Origin: Thermoanaerobaculia bacterium
Lineage (GTDB): Bacteria > Acidobacteriota > Thermoanaerobaculia > UBA5066
Direction: 5' to 3'
DNA length: 64,000 nt
NCBI GenBank assembly: GCA_963719225.1
Contig: CAVRAY010000001.1
Coordinates: forward strand, 2,464,001-2,528,000
The notes under the pieces are model-generated. The model was not told the DNA's origin. It made no database searches and saw only the letters and a program-made list of their open reading frames with translations. Numbering within the stretch: the stretch's first letter is position 1; the number at the start of each line of letters is the position of its first letter. The position numbers and the translations under genes were made by a program. Shown one piece after another: positions 52,784-64,000 of the stretch.

Positions 52784-53514
52784 ATGTTCGAAGCCTCGCT
52801 CATCGAATCCGCGAAGCACAAGGGCAGCGCCCAGCGCTGGTACACGCTGCCCTTGTCGGTGATCATCCACGTGGTCGTGATCGGGACGGCGGTCGGGCTC
52901 TCGATGTGGTTCATCGAGGAGATTCCGGAGCCCCCGATCCCGGTTCAGTTCTACTCGCAGGCGGCCCCGCCGCCGCCCCCCCGCCGCCGCCGCCCAAGGC
53001 GGCCCCGGCGAAGCCGACCCAGAAAGTCGAACCCGTCAAGCCGACGCAGATGACCTCCCCGGTCGTCGTACCCGACACCTTGCCGGCGCCGACGAGCATT
53101 CCCGAGCCTGAAACGGGCGTGGAAGGCGGCGTGGAAGGCGGTGTCGAGGGCGGTGTCGCCGGCGGCGTCATGGGAGGCGTCCTCGGCGGCGTGAAGGGCG
53201 GAATGCTCGGCGGAACCGGTGAAGAGCCTCTCCGCGTCGGCGGCGAGGTCAAGGAGCCGATCGAGATCTCACGCGTGAAGCCGGCATACCCGGAGGCGGC
53301 GCGCAAGGCCCGCATGCAGGGCGTCTGCATCCTCGAGGCGATCATCACGAAATCGGGTGACGTCGAGTCCGTCCGCGTGCTCCGCGGCCTCAACCCGCTT
53401 CTCGACAACGCCGCCATCCGCGCGGTCCAGCAGTGGAAATACAAGCCGGCCACTTTCAACGGACGGCCGGTTCCGGTCTATCTGACGGTCACCGTCACCT
53501 TTACTCTCCAGTAA
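52784..53514 (+). CDS. tonB: TonB family energy transducer, frameshifted in a poly-C tract (52976-52982)
   Basis: TM anchor with SxxxH motif (LSVIIHVV) in one frame; Pro-rich linker, GVEGG repeats and TonB_C (YPEAARKARMQG...WKYKP) in another. Confidence 0.88.
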
Positions 53515-53575
53515 GGCGGCGCCGGCCACTCGAAATAGAATCGAAGAGTAAGAAACCTCAAGGAGGACATTTCAA

Positions 53576-54256
53576 ATGGATATGAGTCTGATGGGGCTGA
53601 TCAAGACGATGTCGTGGCCGGCGCTCTCGATCTTCGTCCTGCTCTGCCTGCTTTCGGTCTACTCGCTCGCCGTATCGGTCGAGCGGTGGATGACCTTCCA
53701 GAAGGCGAAGCAGCAGTCGGTCAAGTTCGCCCTCGAGGTCGGCCAGCTCCTGAAGCAGGACAAGCTCAGGGAGGCGATCGACCTCGCCAAGAAGTACAAG
53801 AACAGCCACGTCGCGAAATGCGTGTCCGCGGGGCTCCTGGAGTTCGCGTATGAGGCGCACGGCTCCTCAGCGCAGGGGCACGACACCGTGGCCGCCGCGG
53901 AGCGCGCGGTCGAGCGCGCGGCGATGATGACGACGGCCGAATTCAAGAAAGGCCTCGGCGGCCTCGCGACGATCGCGACGACGGCGCCGTTCATCGGCCT
54001 TCTCGGCACCGTCATCGGCATCATCAACGCCTTCCGCGGCATGGCGGCGTCCGGCGCCGGCGGCCTCGGGTCGGTGTCGGCCGGTATCGCGGAAGCTCTC
54101 GTCACGACGGCGCTCGGGCTCTTCGTCGCCATTCCGGCGGTGTGGCTCTACAACCTGTTCCTCAACAAGATCGAGCGCTTCCAGGTCGAGATGTCGAACT
54201 CGTCCTCCGAGCTCATCGATTACTTCATGAAGCGCCAGACGGCGAAGGCCGCTTGA
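53576..54256 (+). CDS. exbB: MotA/TolQ/ExbB proton channel
   Basis: LATIATTAPFIGLLGTVIGI, GIAEALVTTALGLFVAIPA. Confidence 0.93.
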   Translation: MDMSLMGLIKTMSWPALSIFVLLCLLSVYSLAVSVERWMTFQKAKQQSVKFALEVGQLLKQDKLREAIDLAKKYKNSHVAKCVSAGLLEFAYEAHGSSAQGHDTVAAAERAVERAAMMTTAEFKKGLGGLATIATTAPFIGLLGTVIGIINAFRGMAASGAGGLGSVSAGIAEALVTTALGLFVAIPAVWLYNLFLNKIERFQVEMSNSSSELIDYFMKRQTAKAA

Positions 54257-54284
54257 TCGGGATCCGGTAGCGAGGAGTTCAGCC

Positions 54285-54704
54285 ATGGGCATGGAACAGT
54301 ACGGCGGCCGTCAGAGCATGAAGAGCGACATCAACGTGACGCCGCTCGTCGACGTGTGCCTCGTCCTCCTCATCATCTTCATGGTCGTGACGCCGATGCT
54401 CCAGAAGGGCAAGCCCGTGATGCTCCCTCAGACGGATCGGCCCGACAAGAAACCCGAGTCCGACAAGGAGCTCATCGTCTCCGTGCAGTCGGACAAGACC
54501 ATCTTCATCGACACGAAGTGGTTTCCACCGAAGGATTTCGAGGCGAAGATGAAGGAGCTCGGCGAGCGCTCGGCGAACAAGGACATCCTCGTCAAGGCCG
54601 ACCGCACGCTGAACTTCGGCGAGGTCAAGAACGTCATGAGAATGATCAAGGACGGCGGGTTCGAGCGCGTCGGTCTCATCACCGAGAAGAAACCGGACAA
54701 GTAA
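54285..54704 (+). CDS. exbD: ExbD/TolR family protein
   Basis: INVTPLVDVCLVLLIIFMV. Confidence 0.93.
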   Translation: MGMEQYGGRQSMKSDINVTPLVDVCLVLLIIFMVVTPMLQKGKPVMLPQTDRPDKKPESDKELIVSVQSDKTIFIDTKWFPPKDFEAKMKELGERSANKDILVKADRTLNFGEVKNVMRMIKDGGFERVGLITEKKPDK

Positions 54705-54716
54705 GGAGTCAAGCCC

Positions 54717-55166
54717 ATGAGCATGGACATCGGGGGCGGCGACGGACCCAGGTCGGAGATCAACGTCACTCCGCTCGTGGACGTCGTCCTCGTCCTTCTC
54801 ATCATTTTCATGGTCGTCCAGCCGCTGCTCCAGCGCGGTTACGACGTGCAGGTCCCTCCGAACGCGCCCGCAACGCCGCCGAACACCCCGCCGCCGACGG
54901 ACCAGATCATCGTGTCGCTCACGGCGAACAAGGAGTACTACCTGAACAAGGAGAAGGTCGACCCGGCGAACATCGCCATTCGCCTTCAGGAAGTCCTGCG
55001 GAACCGCAGTTCGAAGATCGTCTTCTTCTCCGCCGAGGATTCGGTCAAGTACGACGACGCGATGAAGCTCATGGACATCGTGAGAAACAGCGGGAGCGGC
55101 GACAAGAAGGTGAACATCGGCATCGTCATGGACTGGGTCAACCCGGCGGCCTCGTCGACACCGTGA
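54717..55166 (+). CDS. exbD: ExbD/TolR family protein (second copy)
   Basis: INVTPLVDVVLVLLIIFMV. Confidence 0.93.
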   Translation: MSMDIGGGDGPRSEINVTPLVDVVLVLLIIFMVVQPLLQRGYDVQVPPNAPATPPNTPPPTDQIIVSLTANKEYYLNKEKVDPANIAIRLQEVLRNRSSKIVFFSAEDSVKYDDAMKLMDIVRNSGSGDKKVNIGIVMDWVNPAASSTP

Positions 55167-55260
55167 CCGCCGCGCCACGCAGACGACGTTTTCCGCCCAC
55201 GTCCCCGGCCACCACCGGGGACGTCGTGCGTTTGTCGATGAAGAGAAAGGATCTCAACTG

Positions 55261-57696
<2,436 letters not shown>

Positions 57697-57706
57697 GGAG
57701 GACCCC

Positions 57707-59116
57707 ATGGGCACGATGACGAAGTCGGGCTCGACGCAGCCGGCGTTCCCGAAGACGCTTCCGAGGAGGCTCGGCCTCTTCGACGCGACGACGATCGTCG
57801 CGGGCTCGATGATCGGCTCGGGCATCTTCATCACCTCGGCGGACATCGCGCGGCAGGTCAAGAGCGCGAGCCTTCTCCTCCTCGTCTGGGTCTTCACGGC
57901 GCTCGTCACGGTGGCGGGCGCCTGGAGCTACGGGAAGCTCGCCATGGCGTTCCCCAAGGCCGGAGGCCAGTACGTCTACCTGCGCGAGGCGTGGGGCGAC
58001 ATGGGCGGCTTCCTCTACGGCTGGGCGGCCCTGCTCGTCATCCAGACGGGAACGATCGCGGCGGTGGCCGTCGCCTTCGCGAAATATCTCGGCGTGCTCA
58101 TCCCCGCTATCTCGAGCAAACACGTCTTCTTCAAGGCGGCCTACCTGAGCATCACGCCGCTGGAGATCATCGCGATTTTCCTCGTCGCGCTCCTGACCTG
58201 GTGGAACACGACGAGCGTCCAGAACGGTGCGCGGCTCCAGAACGTCTTCACGGCAGCCAAGGTTCTGTCCCTCGTCGGCCTCCTGTCGGTGTGCTTCATC
58301 GCCGGCAGCAACCTCGCGGGCGTCTCCTGGGCGCTTCCGGCCGCGGGGGATCTCAAGATTCCCCTCATCTGGGCCTTCGCCGTCGCCACGGTCGGCTCTC
58401 TCTTCTCGGCCGATGCGTGGAACAACGTCACGTTCCTCGGCGAGGAGGTACGCGACGCCGAAACGAACGTCCCGAAGGCTCTCGTCTACGGAACCGGGCT
58501 CGTGACGCTCCTTTACGTTCTCGCGAACGTGGGATACCTGAGCGCCCTCCCTCTCTCCGGCATCGCGTCGGCTCCCGAAGACCGCGTCGCCACGGCGGCC
58601 ATCGGCGCCGTCTCCGGCACCGCGGAGGTCGGTACGCCGTCTCTCATCATGGCGTGCGTGATCCTCGTCTCGACGTTCGGTTGCCTCAACGGCCTCATCC
58701 TGTCGGGCGCGCGCGTTCTCTACGCCATGTCTCGCGACGGCCTCTTCCTGCCGGCCTTCGGCGAAGTGGCGCCGAAGACGATGATTCCGGTCAATGCGCT
58801 CGTGGCGCAGTTCCTTTGGTCTGCGCTCCTGTGCCTCTCCGGGAAGTACGGCGACCTCCTGGACTACGTGATTCCGACGGTCCTGATGTTCTACATCGCG
58901 ACGATCGTCGGACGATGGAAGCTCGCCCGGACGAACCCCGCCCTCGCGCCGCGCTCTCTCGGGGACCGCGTCATTCCGGTCCTCTACGTCATCGCGACGG
59001 TTTACGTAACGATTGCCCTCGTGATCTTCAAGCCCACGTTCACCGTGCGGGGTCTCGTCCTCGTGGCGCTCGGCGTCCCGGCGTTCTTCCTGTTCCGGAG
59101 GAAGCGGCCGGTCTGA
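57707..59116 (+). CDS. APC family amino acid permease
   Basis: GSMIGSGIF, PKAGGQYVYL, SADAWNNVTF.GEE, ARVLYAMSRDG. Confidence 0.92.
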   Translation: MGTMTKSGSTQPAFPKTLPRRLGLFDATTIVAGSMIGSGIFITSADIARQVKSASLLLLVWVFTALVTVAGAWSYGKLAMAFPKAGGQYVYLREAWGDMGGFLYGWAALLVIQTGTIAAVAVAFAKYLGVLIPAISSKHVFFKAAYLSITPLEIIAIFLVALLTWWNTTSVQNGARLQNVFTAAKVLSLVGLLSVCFIAGSNLAGVSWALPAAGDLKIPLIWAFAVATVGSLFSADAWNNVTFLGEEVRDAETNVPKALVYGTGLVTLLYVLANVGYLSALPLSGIASAPEDRVATAAIGAVSGTAEVGTPSLIMACVILVSTFGCLNGLILSGARVLYAMSRDGLFLPAFGEVAPKTMIPVNALVAQFLWSALLCLSGKYGDLLDYVIPTVLMFYIATIVGRWKLARTNPALAPRSLGDRVIPVLYVIATVYVTIALVIFKPTFTVRGLVLVALGVPAFFLFRRKRPV

Positions 59117-60355
59117 CTAGACGAGGAGCGCGAACACCTCGTTCGAAAGCAGCACGCCCTTGCGCGTGAGGCGGACACAGCCGGGATGTTTTTCGAGTAA
59201 TCCGGCGAAGATCGCGTCCTCCATCCGCTGCGCAGCCGCGTCGGGCAGCGTTCTGCAAATCTCTTCGAAGGTGGAAGAGGGGACGCCACCAGACAGTCGC
59301 AGGCCCAGCATCAAGCCTTCTTTCCTTCTAAGAACATCCCCGTCGTTCTCTTCGGACGTCGCGACGGGCGAGACGCCCGCCCGGGTTCGCTTCAGGTATT
59401 CCGCGAGCATTCCCGTGTTCGCGAACCGAGTAATTCCATCGAAGGAATGGGCACCGACACCGAAGCCCAGGACGGGCACGAGCGTCCAGTACTTCAGGTT
59501 GTGGCGGCTTTCGAAGCCGGGCTTCGCCCAGTTGGAGAGCTCGTAGCGCGGCAGGCCTGCCGCCGTCAGGCGCTCGTCCACGGCTTCCCACCGGTCTGCC
59601 ATCTCGTCGTCACTGGCAAAGAGCTCCGGGTGCTCTTTCTTCAGGGTCACGAGCCTCGGCGCCTTTTCGATCTCGAGGAGATAGACAGAGAGGTGGGTCA
59701 CCTCCGCTTCGATAAGCCCGTCGACGCTCGCGAGAAGCGTCTCCCGCGTCTGTCCCGGAATCCCGATCATCAGGTCCGCCGAGACGTTTCCGAAAATGTG
59801 TGCTGCGTCTGCCACCGCGCGACGCGCGGCCACGGCGTCGTGCCGCCTCTCGAGAGGCAGCAGCTCGGAATCCACGAGCGACTGGACGCCGATGGAAAGG
59901 CGGTTGATGCCCAGAGAGAGAAGATCAGACAGCTTTTCGGAGTCGAGGTCGTCGGGGTTGGCCTCCGCGGTGATTTCGACGTTCGAAGAGAGACCGAAGA
60001 TTTCTTCGAGTGTCCCGAGCAGTCGGCCGAGCTGAGCCGCTTCGACGTACGAAGGAGTGCCCCCTCCGAAGTAGACGGAATCGAACCCGAGGAGCCCGCC
60101 CGAAGCCGCAGGGGTCCTCGAGAGAACCGCCCCCTCCGACCCTTCTAAGAAATCTCTCTCTTCGGGCCTTCCTCCTCTTGTCTCGCCCGCCCTCGAGCGA
60201 ATCTCCCTCTCTACCCCTTCAAAGAAATCTCTCTCTTGTTCTCTTCCCTCGAGCGCCACGAAGGAGCAGTACGTGCAGCGGTGCTCGCAGAAGGGCACGT
60301 GGACGTACGCGCCGGGAGCGGACGTGGCGCCGCGCGGGAGGCCGCCTTCGCTCAC
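59117..60355 (-). CDS. hemW: Radical SAM heme chaperone HemW
   Basis: YVHVPFCEHRCTYCSF, YFGGGTPS, EANP, RLSIGVQS, YELSNW, HNLKYW; GTGA overlap with ribE. Confidence 0.9.
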   Translation of the reverse strand: MSEGGLPRGATSAPGAYVHVPFCEHRCTYCSFVALEGREQERDFFEGVEREIRSRAGETRGGRPEERDFLEGSEGAVLSRTPAASGGLLGFDSVYFGGGTPSYVEAAQLGRLLGTLEEIFGLSSNVEITAEANPDDLDSEKLSDLLSLGINRLSIGVQSLVDSELLPLERRHDAVAARRAVADAAHIFGNVSADLMIGIPGQTRETLLASVDGLIEAEVTHLSVYLLEIEKAPRLVTLKKEHPELFASDDEMADRWEAVDERLTAAGLPRYELSNWAKPGFESRHNLKYWTLVPVLGFGVGAHSFDGITRFANTGMLAEYLKRTRAGVSPVATSEENDGDVLRRKEGLMLGLRLSGGVPSSTFEEICRTLPDAAAQRMEDAIFAGLLEKHPGCVRLTRKGVLLSNEVFALLV

Positions 60356-61026
60356 GCGCCTTCGGTCAGGAGGCCGCGCAGGCGCTCGTCCCGCGCGCCC
60401 CGAGCTTCGACGGCCTCGCGCGTTTCGCCGAGCCGCGCCGCCAGGAGGCGCTCGACGTACTTTCCGAGGACGTCGACCTCGAGGTTCACGCGGTCGCCGG
60501 GCTTCTTCGTGCCGAGCGTGGTGGCGGAAAAAGTGTGCGGGATGACGGCGATGTCGAAGGAGCTTTCTCCGAGAGCGGCGACGGTGAGCGAGACCCCATC
60601 GACCGCGATCGAGCCCTTCTCGACCGCGTAGCGCGCGAGGGAGGGCGGGAGCGAGAACCGGAAGGTCCATGAGTCTCCCGACCTCTCGATCGCGAGCACG
60701 TCGGCCGTCCCGTCCACGTGCCCGGCGACGATGTGGCCGCCCAGGCGGTCGCCCGCCGCCAGGGCGCGCTCCAGGTTCACGCCCGCGCCCGGGGCCAGAT
60801 CTCCGAGAGCCGAGCGCTGCAGCGTCTCGGGCGAGACGTCGAAGGAGAGAGCCTGGGACCGCGCCGCCGGAGCGACGACCGTCAGGCAGACGCCGGAGAC
60901 CGCGATGCTCTCCCCGACGGCCACGTCGGCGAATGCCGGCGGACGCTCGACCTCGAGCAGACCCCCTGCCGTGCCTGCGCGAAGCGACACGACGCGGGCG
61001 ACGGCGGACACGAGACCGGTGAACAT
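60352..61026 (-). CDS. ribE: Riboflavin synthase (alpha chain)
   Basis: MFTGLV, SIAVSGVCLTV, VNLERAL, GGHIVAGHVD. Confidence 0.96.
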   Translation of the reverse strand: MFTGLVSAVARVVSLRAGTAGGLLEVERPPAFADVAVGESIAVSGVCLTVVAPAARSQALSFDVSPETLQRSALGDLAPGAGVNLERALAAGDRLGGHIVAGHVDGTADVLAIERSGDSWTFRFSLPPSLARYAVEKGSIAVDGVSLTVAALGESSFDIAVIPHTFSATTLGTKKPGDRVNLEVDVLGKYVERLLAARLGETREAVEARGARDERLRGLLTEGA

Positions 61027-61035
61027 CCCGCGATC

Positions 61036-62160
61036 CTACCCGACGGCGTAGCCCGGGAGGATTCGCGCCGACAGGCGGACGTCGGCTCCGATTCGCACGG
61101 CGTCGAGATCGGCGAGGCGGCAGGCGTTTCCAAGAGAGCTCGCCCCCTCGCCCTCCAGCGGCGAGCGGGCCCCGGAGCCGCCCACGAGGAGCGGCGCGAC
61201 GTAGGACGTCACGCGGTCGACGAGACCCGCCTTCAGGAACGACGCGGCCGTCACCCCCCCGCCTTCGACGAGCAACGAGCGCACTTCGAGGGCATGGAGC
61301 GCTCCGAGGAGAGCCCGAAGGTCCACGCCGTCTGCCGCAGGCTTCGAGAAGACCTGCACGCCCCGCTCCAGGAACGGCGCGAGGCGCGGATCGCCGGCCG
61401 GCACCGCGGTGACGAGCCAGACTTCGCCCCCCGCCGCGGAGAACACCCGCGCGGTGGCCGGCACGCGGAGCGCTCCGTCGAGCACGAGCCTTCGATGTGG
61501 CGTGATCGCCGAAGACAGAGCGAGCCGGCGGGTCAGGAGAGGATCGTCCGCGAGGATCGTCTGCGCGCCCACGAGAATCGCGTCGCTCTCTTCGCGCAGG
61601 CGCAAGGCGTCCTCGCGGGCAGCCTCGCCGGTAATCCACTTCGAATCGCCGCTCCGCGTCGCGGTCCGTCCGTCCAGAGACGCCGCCCATTTCAGGTGAA
61701 CGAAGGAACGGCGGGCGCGGATGGCCTTGAGGAACGACTCGTTCAGCGTCTCGGCTTCCTCCGCGAACACTCCGACGAGCACGTCCACGCCGCGCTCCTT
61801 GAGACGGCGGATTCCGCGCCCGGCGGTCCGCGGATCGGGGTCCTCGATCGAGCAGACGACGCGCGAGACGCCCGCCGCGAGCAACGCCTCGGTGCAGGGG
61901 GCCGTACGGCCGAAATGAGAGCAGGGCTCGAGGTTCACGAGCAGCGTCGCGCCCTTCGCGCGGGCGCCGGCGGCCGCGAGCGCGATGGCCTCGGCATGCG
62001 GGCCGCCGGCGCGCTCGTGAGCGCCCTCTCCGACCACTCTCCCTTGCGCGTCGACGAGGACGGCTCCGACGCGCGGATTCGGAGACGTCGAAAAGCGCCC
62101 GCGCTCGGCGAGCTCGAAGACGCGCTTCCAGAGGACGTCGAGAGGCGCGGGGTCAACCAT
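61036..62160 (-). CDS. ribD: Bifunctional riboflavin deaminase/reductase
   Basis: SPNPRVGAV, HAE, LEPCSHFGRTAPC, KWAASLDG, SKWIT, LVEGG. Confidence 0.96.
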   Translation of the reverse strand: MVDPAPLDVLWKRVFELAERGRFSTSPNPRVGAVLVDAQGRVVGEGAHERAGGPHAEAIALAAAGARAKGATLLVNLEPCSHFGRTAPCTEALLAAGVSRVVCSIEDPDPRTAGRGIRRLKERGVDVLVGVFAEEAETLNESFLKAIRARRSFVHLKWAASLDGRTATRSGDSKWITGEAAREDALRLREESDAILVGAQTILADDPLLTRRLALSSAITPHRRLVLDGALRVPATARVFSAAGGEVWLVTAVPAGDPRLAPFLERGVQVFSKPAADGVDLRALLGALHALEVRSLLVEGGGVTAASFLKAGLVDRVTSYVAPLLVGGSGARSPLEGEGASSLGNACRLADLDAVRIGADVRLSARILPGYAVG

Positions 62161-63085
62161 CCACGAGCGCCTCGGCGAACGCCGCCGGATCGAAGTCGAG
62201 AAGGTCGTCGGTCGTCTCGCCCACGCCCACGTAACGGACCGGCAGGGCGAGCTCGCGCACGATCGCCAGGATCACCCCGCCCTTGGCCGTCCCGTCCATC
62301 TTCGTGAGCACGAGGCCCGTGACGCCCGCGGACTTCGTGAACTCGCGGGCCTGGGCGATGCCGTTCATTCCCGTCACCGCATCGAGGACGAGAAGGACTT
62401 CGTGGGGAGCTCCCGGGATGCTCCGCGCGGCGATGCGGCGGATCTTCCCGAGCTCCTCCATGAGGTTGTGCTTCGTATGGAGGCGACCGGCGGTGTCCAC
62501 GAGAAGCAGATCGGCTTTGCGCGAGAGCGCGATCGCGCACGCGTCGTGGACGACGGCGGCCGGATCGGCACCCGCCTTGTGCTTCACGAGGGGAACGTTC
62601 AGCCGGGAAGCCCAAACCTCGAGCTGCTCCGCCGCCGCGGCGCGGAACGTGTCCGCCGCGGCGAGGACGACTGACTTTTCCGCAGCCACGGCACGGGCCG
62701 CGAGCTTGGCCGCCGTCGTGGTCTTGCCCGTCCCGTTCACGCCGACGAGGAGGACCACGTGGGGAGAACCGGGCGCGAGGGCGGGGCCCGTGACGGTGAG
62801 CCTGCGTGCGACCTCGGCCTTGAGAACGCGGCTGACGACGTCTTTTTCGGAGGCGTCGCGCCGTCCGGCCTCGGACCTCACGGCCGCGACGAGCTCCTCC
62901 GCGGTCTGAGGACCCACGTCGGCCGCGAGGAGGCCCTCCTCGAGCGCTTCGAGCGCCGCGGGATCCGGCTCGAACGTGGAGCGGATCGCGCCACCCACCT
63001 TCGCGATCAGCTCCGTGTGGGTCATGAACAGCCCGCGTTTCAGGCGGGCGAACACGGAGGACGAATCGCGATCGCCGTTCGGCAT
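62153..63085 (-). CDS. ftsY: SRP receptor FtsY
   Basis: GVNGTGKTTT, DTFRAAA, DTAGR, TKMDGTAKGG. Confidence 0.97.
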   Translation of the reverse strand: MPNGDRDSSSVFARLKRGLFMTHTELIAKVGGAIRSTFEPDPAALEALEEGLLAADVGPQTAEELVAAVRSEAGRRDASEKDVVSRVLKAEVARRLTVTGPALAPGSPHVVLLVGVNGTGKTTTAAKLAARAVAAEKSVVLAAADTFRAAAAEQLEVWASRLNVPLVKHKAGADPAAVVHDACAIALSRKADLLLVDTAGRLHTKHNLMEELGKIRRIAARSIPGAPHEVLLVLDAVTGMNGIAQAREFTKSAGVTGLVLTKMDGTAKGGVILAIVRELALPVRYVGVGETTDDLLDFDPAAFAEALVDG

Positions 63086-63132
63086 CGACTTCGAGACTAG
63101 TCAATATGGAACGACCGGTCCAGTTCGCGAAG

Positions 63133-63543
63133 TCAGTCCGCGAACAGCAGCTTGCAGCCGCCGAGCGCTGCGCCGCCCGCGATGACGACGGCGGCCAGGA
63201 CGAGAGCCGCGCGGCCCAGCGGCGAGGACCGCGCCCAGAGGCGCCGCCCCGCCGCGACGGCGTTTCGGAGCTTCGGCTCGAGCCAGTCGAGGACGCGCGC
63301 GACGATCAGAAACTCACGCGCCAGGAGTCCCAACCCCAGTGCGACCACCAGCATGCCGGGACCCGGAGCCGGCAGCAGGATGATCCCGGCGACGACGATC
63401 GCGAAGGCGATGACGATGGAGACGACCTTTCGCAAGGGGCTGCGACCCTCCTGCTGGCTGCGGTAGGTGCGCTCGAAGCGGTCGCCCGGCTTCGCGTTCT
63501 CGAGAAGCCTCCATCTCCTGCGGGCCTGTTTGAACATTTTCAT
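63133..63543 (-). CDS. PGPGW-type small membrane protein
   Basis: GIILLPAPGPGMLVVALGLGLLAREF. Confidence 0.85.
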   Translation of the reverse strand: MKMFKQARRRWRLLENAKPGDRFERTYRSQQEGRSPLRKVVSIVIAFAIVVAGIILLPAPGPGMLVVALGLGLLAREFLIVARVLDWLEPKLRNAVAAGRRLWARSSPLGRAALVLAAVVIAGGAALGGCKLLFAD

Positions 63544-63590
63544 CGCGTCGAGTGTCTCTCCGTCCAGACGAAATCCATCGTCCCGGGCCT

Positions 63591-63606
63591 TGCACGTCTC
63601 GTTCCA
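63591..63606 (-). promoter_or_regulatory. Sigma-54 promoter (PGPGW-type gene)
   Basis: TGGAAC-GAGAC-GTGCA. Confidence 0.6.
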
Positions 63607-63618
63607 CCCCTGGAAGAG

Positions 63619-63969
63619 CTACGAAATCTCGGACACGAGCCGCGCGCGGGCCTCGTCGAGCCGGGGACGGGCGGCATGTGGCTCGCCGCCTTCGTCGAAG
63701 ACGACGAGGACGAAATACCCCGCCTTCACGTGAGTCGTGAGAATCCGCCGGTTCGCGAACCGGAAAGAGAGGTCGGAGACTTCACCGAGCCCCGAGCGTT
63801 CCGCGGCACGGCGCAGCTCCCCCAGCCATACGGACTGGTACGCGCCCAGGACCTCCGTCGCGCTCTCGTCGCCGACTCTTGCGATGATCTCGCCCTGCGG
63901 GTCGATGAACGCCGCGCCCAGGGCGCCCGGAGCGTCGAGGAGGCCTTCGAGCGCGTCAGAGAATCTCAT
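63619..63969 (-). CDS. Roadblock/LC7 (MglB-like) domain protein
   Basis: FSDALEGLL..PGALGAAFIDPQGE pattern; ATGA overlap with an upstream gene cut by the window edge. Confidence 0.75.
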   Translation of the reverse strand: MRFSDALEGLLDAPGALGAAFIDPQGEIIARVGDESATEVLGAYQSVWLGELRRAAERSGLGEVSDLSFRFANRRILTTHVKAGYFVLVVFDEGGEPHAARPRLDEARARLVSEIS

Positions 63970-64000
63970 CTTTCGATCTCCGGCGTCGCGGGCTCGTTCG

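Noticed and set aside
55199-55224. Hairpin acgtccccgg-ccacca-ccggggacgt upstream of hppA as a riboswitch or terminator
   Set aside because: No U tract and no recognisable aptamer; not enough support for a call
60356-61690. N-terminal extension of the 857-aa ORF suggesting a large HemW fusion
   Set aside because: Off-frame overlap with ribD and ribE; HemW starts at GTG 60355

Overview
GC-rich bacterial chromosomal window. The gene families (VWA-type secreted protein, membrane Ser/Thr kinases with beta-propellers, ECF-kinase pair, CarD) suggest Acidobacteriota, possibly Thermoanaerobaculia; this is an inference. The housekeeping backbone includes comM-like ATPase, secA, guaB, rarA, carD, tRNA-Leu(CAA), tsaE, nnr, TonB/ExbBD, hppA, hemW, ribE, ribD and ftsY. 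Three accessory blocks interrupt it. (1) 17.4-32.8 kb: a stress-gene cluster with a poly-HAMP hybrid kinase pair and BON, DUF6496-like, two ElaB/YqjD-like, hemerythrin-like and Gfo/Idh/MocA genes, where almost every transcription unit is preceded by a sigma-54 (-24/-12) motif (8 here, a 9th at 63.6 kb). (2) 32.9-35.9 kb: a secreted Vgb-like protein with three almost identical 870-bp propeller units, directly behind the tRNA. (3) 40.7-45.9 kb: an IS5-family element next to a candidate RiPP module made of an 81-aa peptide ending in Cys and an RRE-like/SagB-type flavin dehydrogenase, with no YcaO in the window, downstream of a membrane Ser/Thr kinase. Three single-base frameshifts (about 26880, 33829, about 52980) may be sequencing errors. 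All calls come from reading the sequence; no searches were run.
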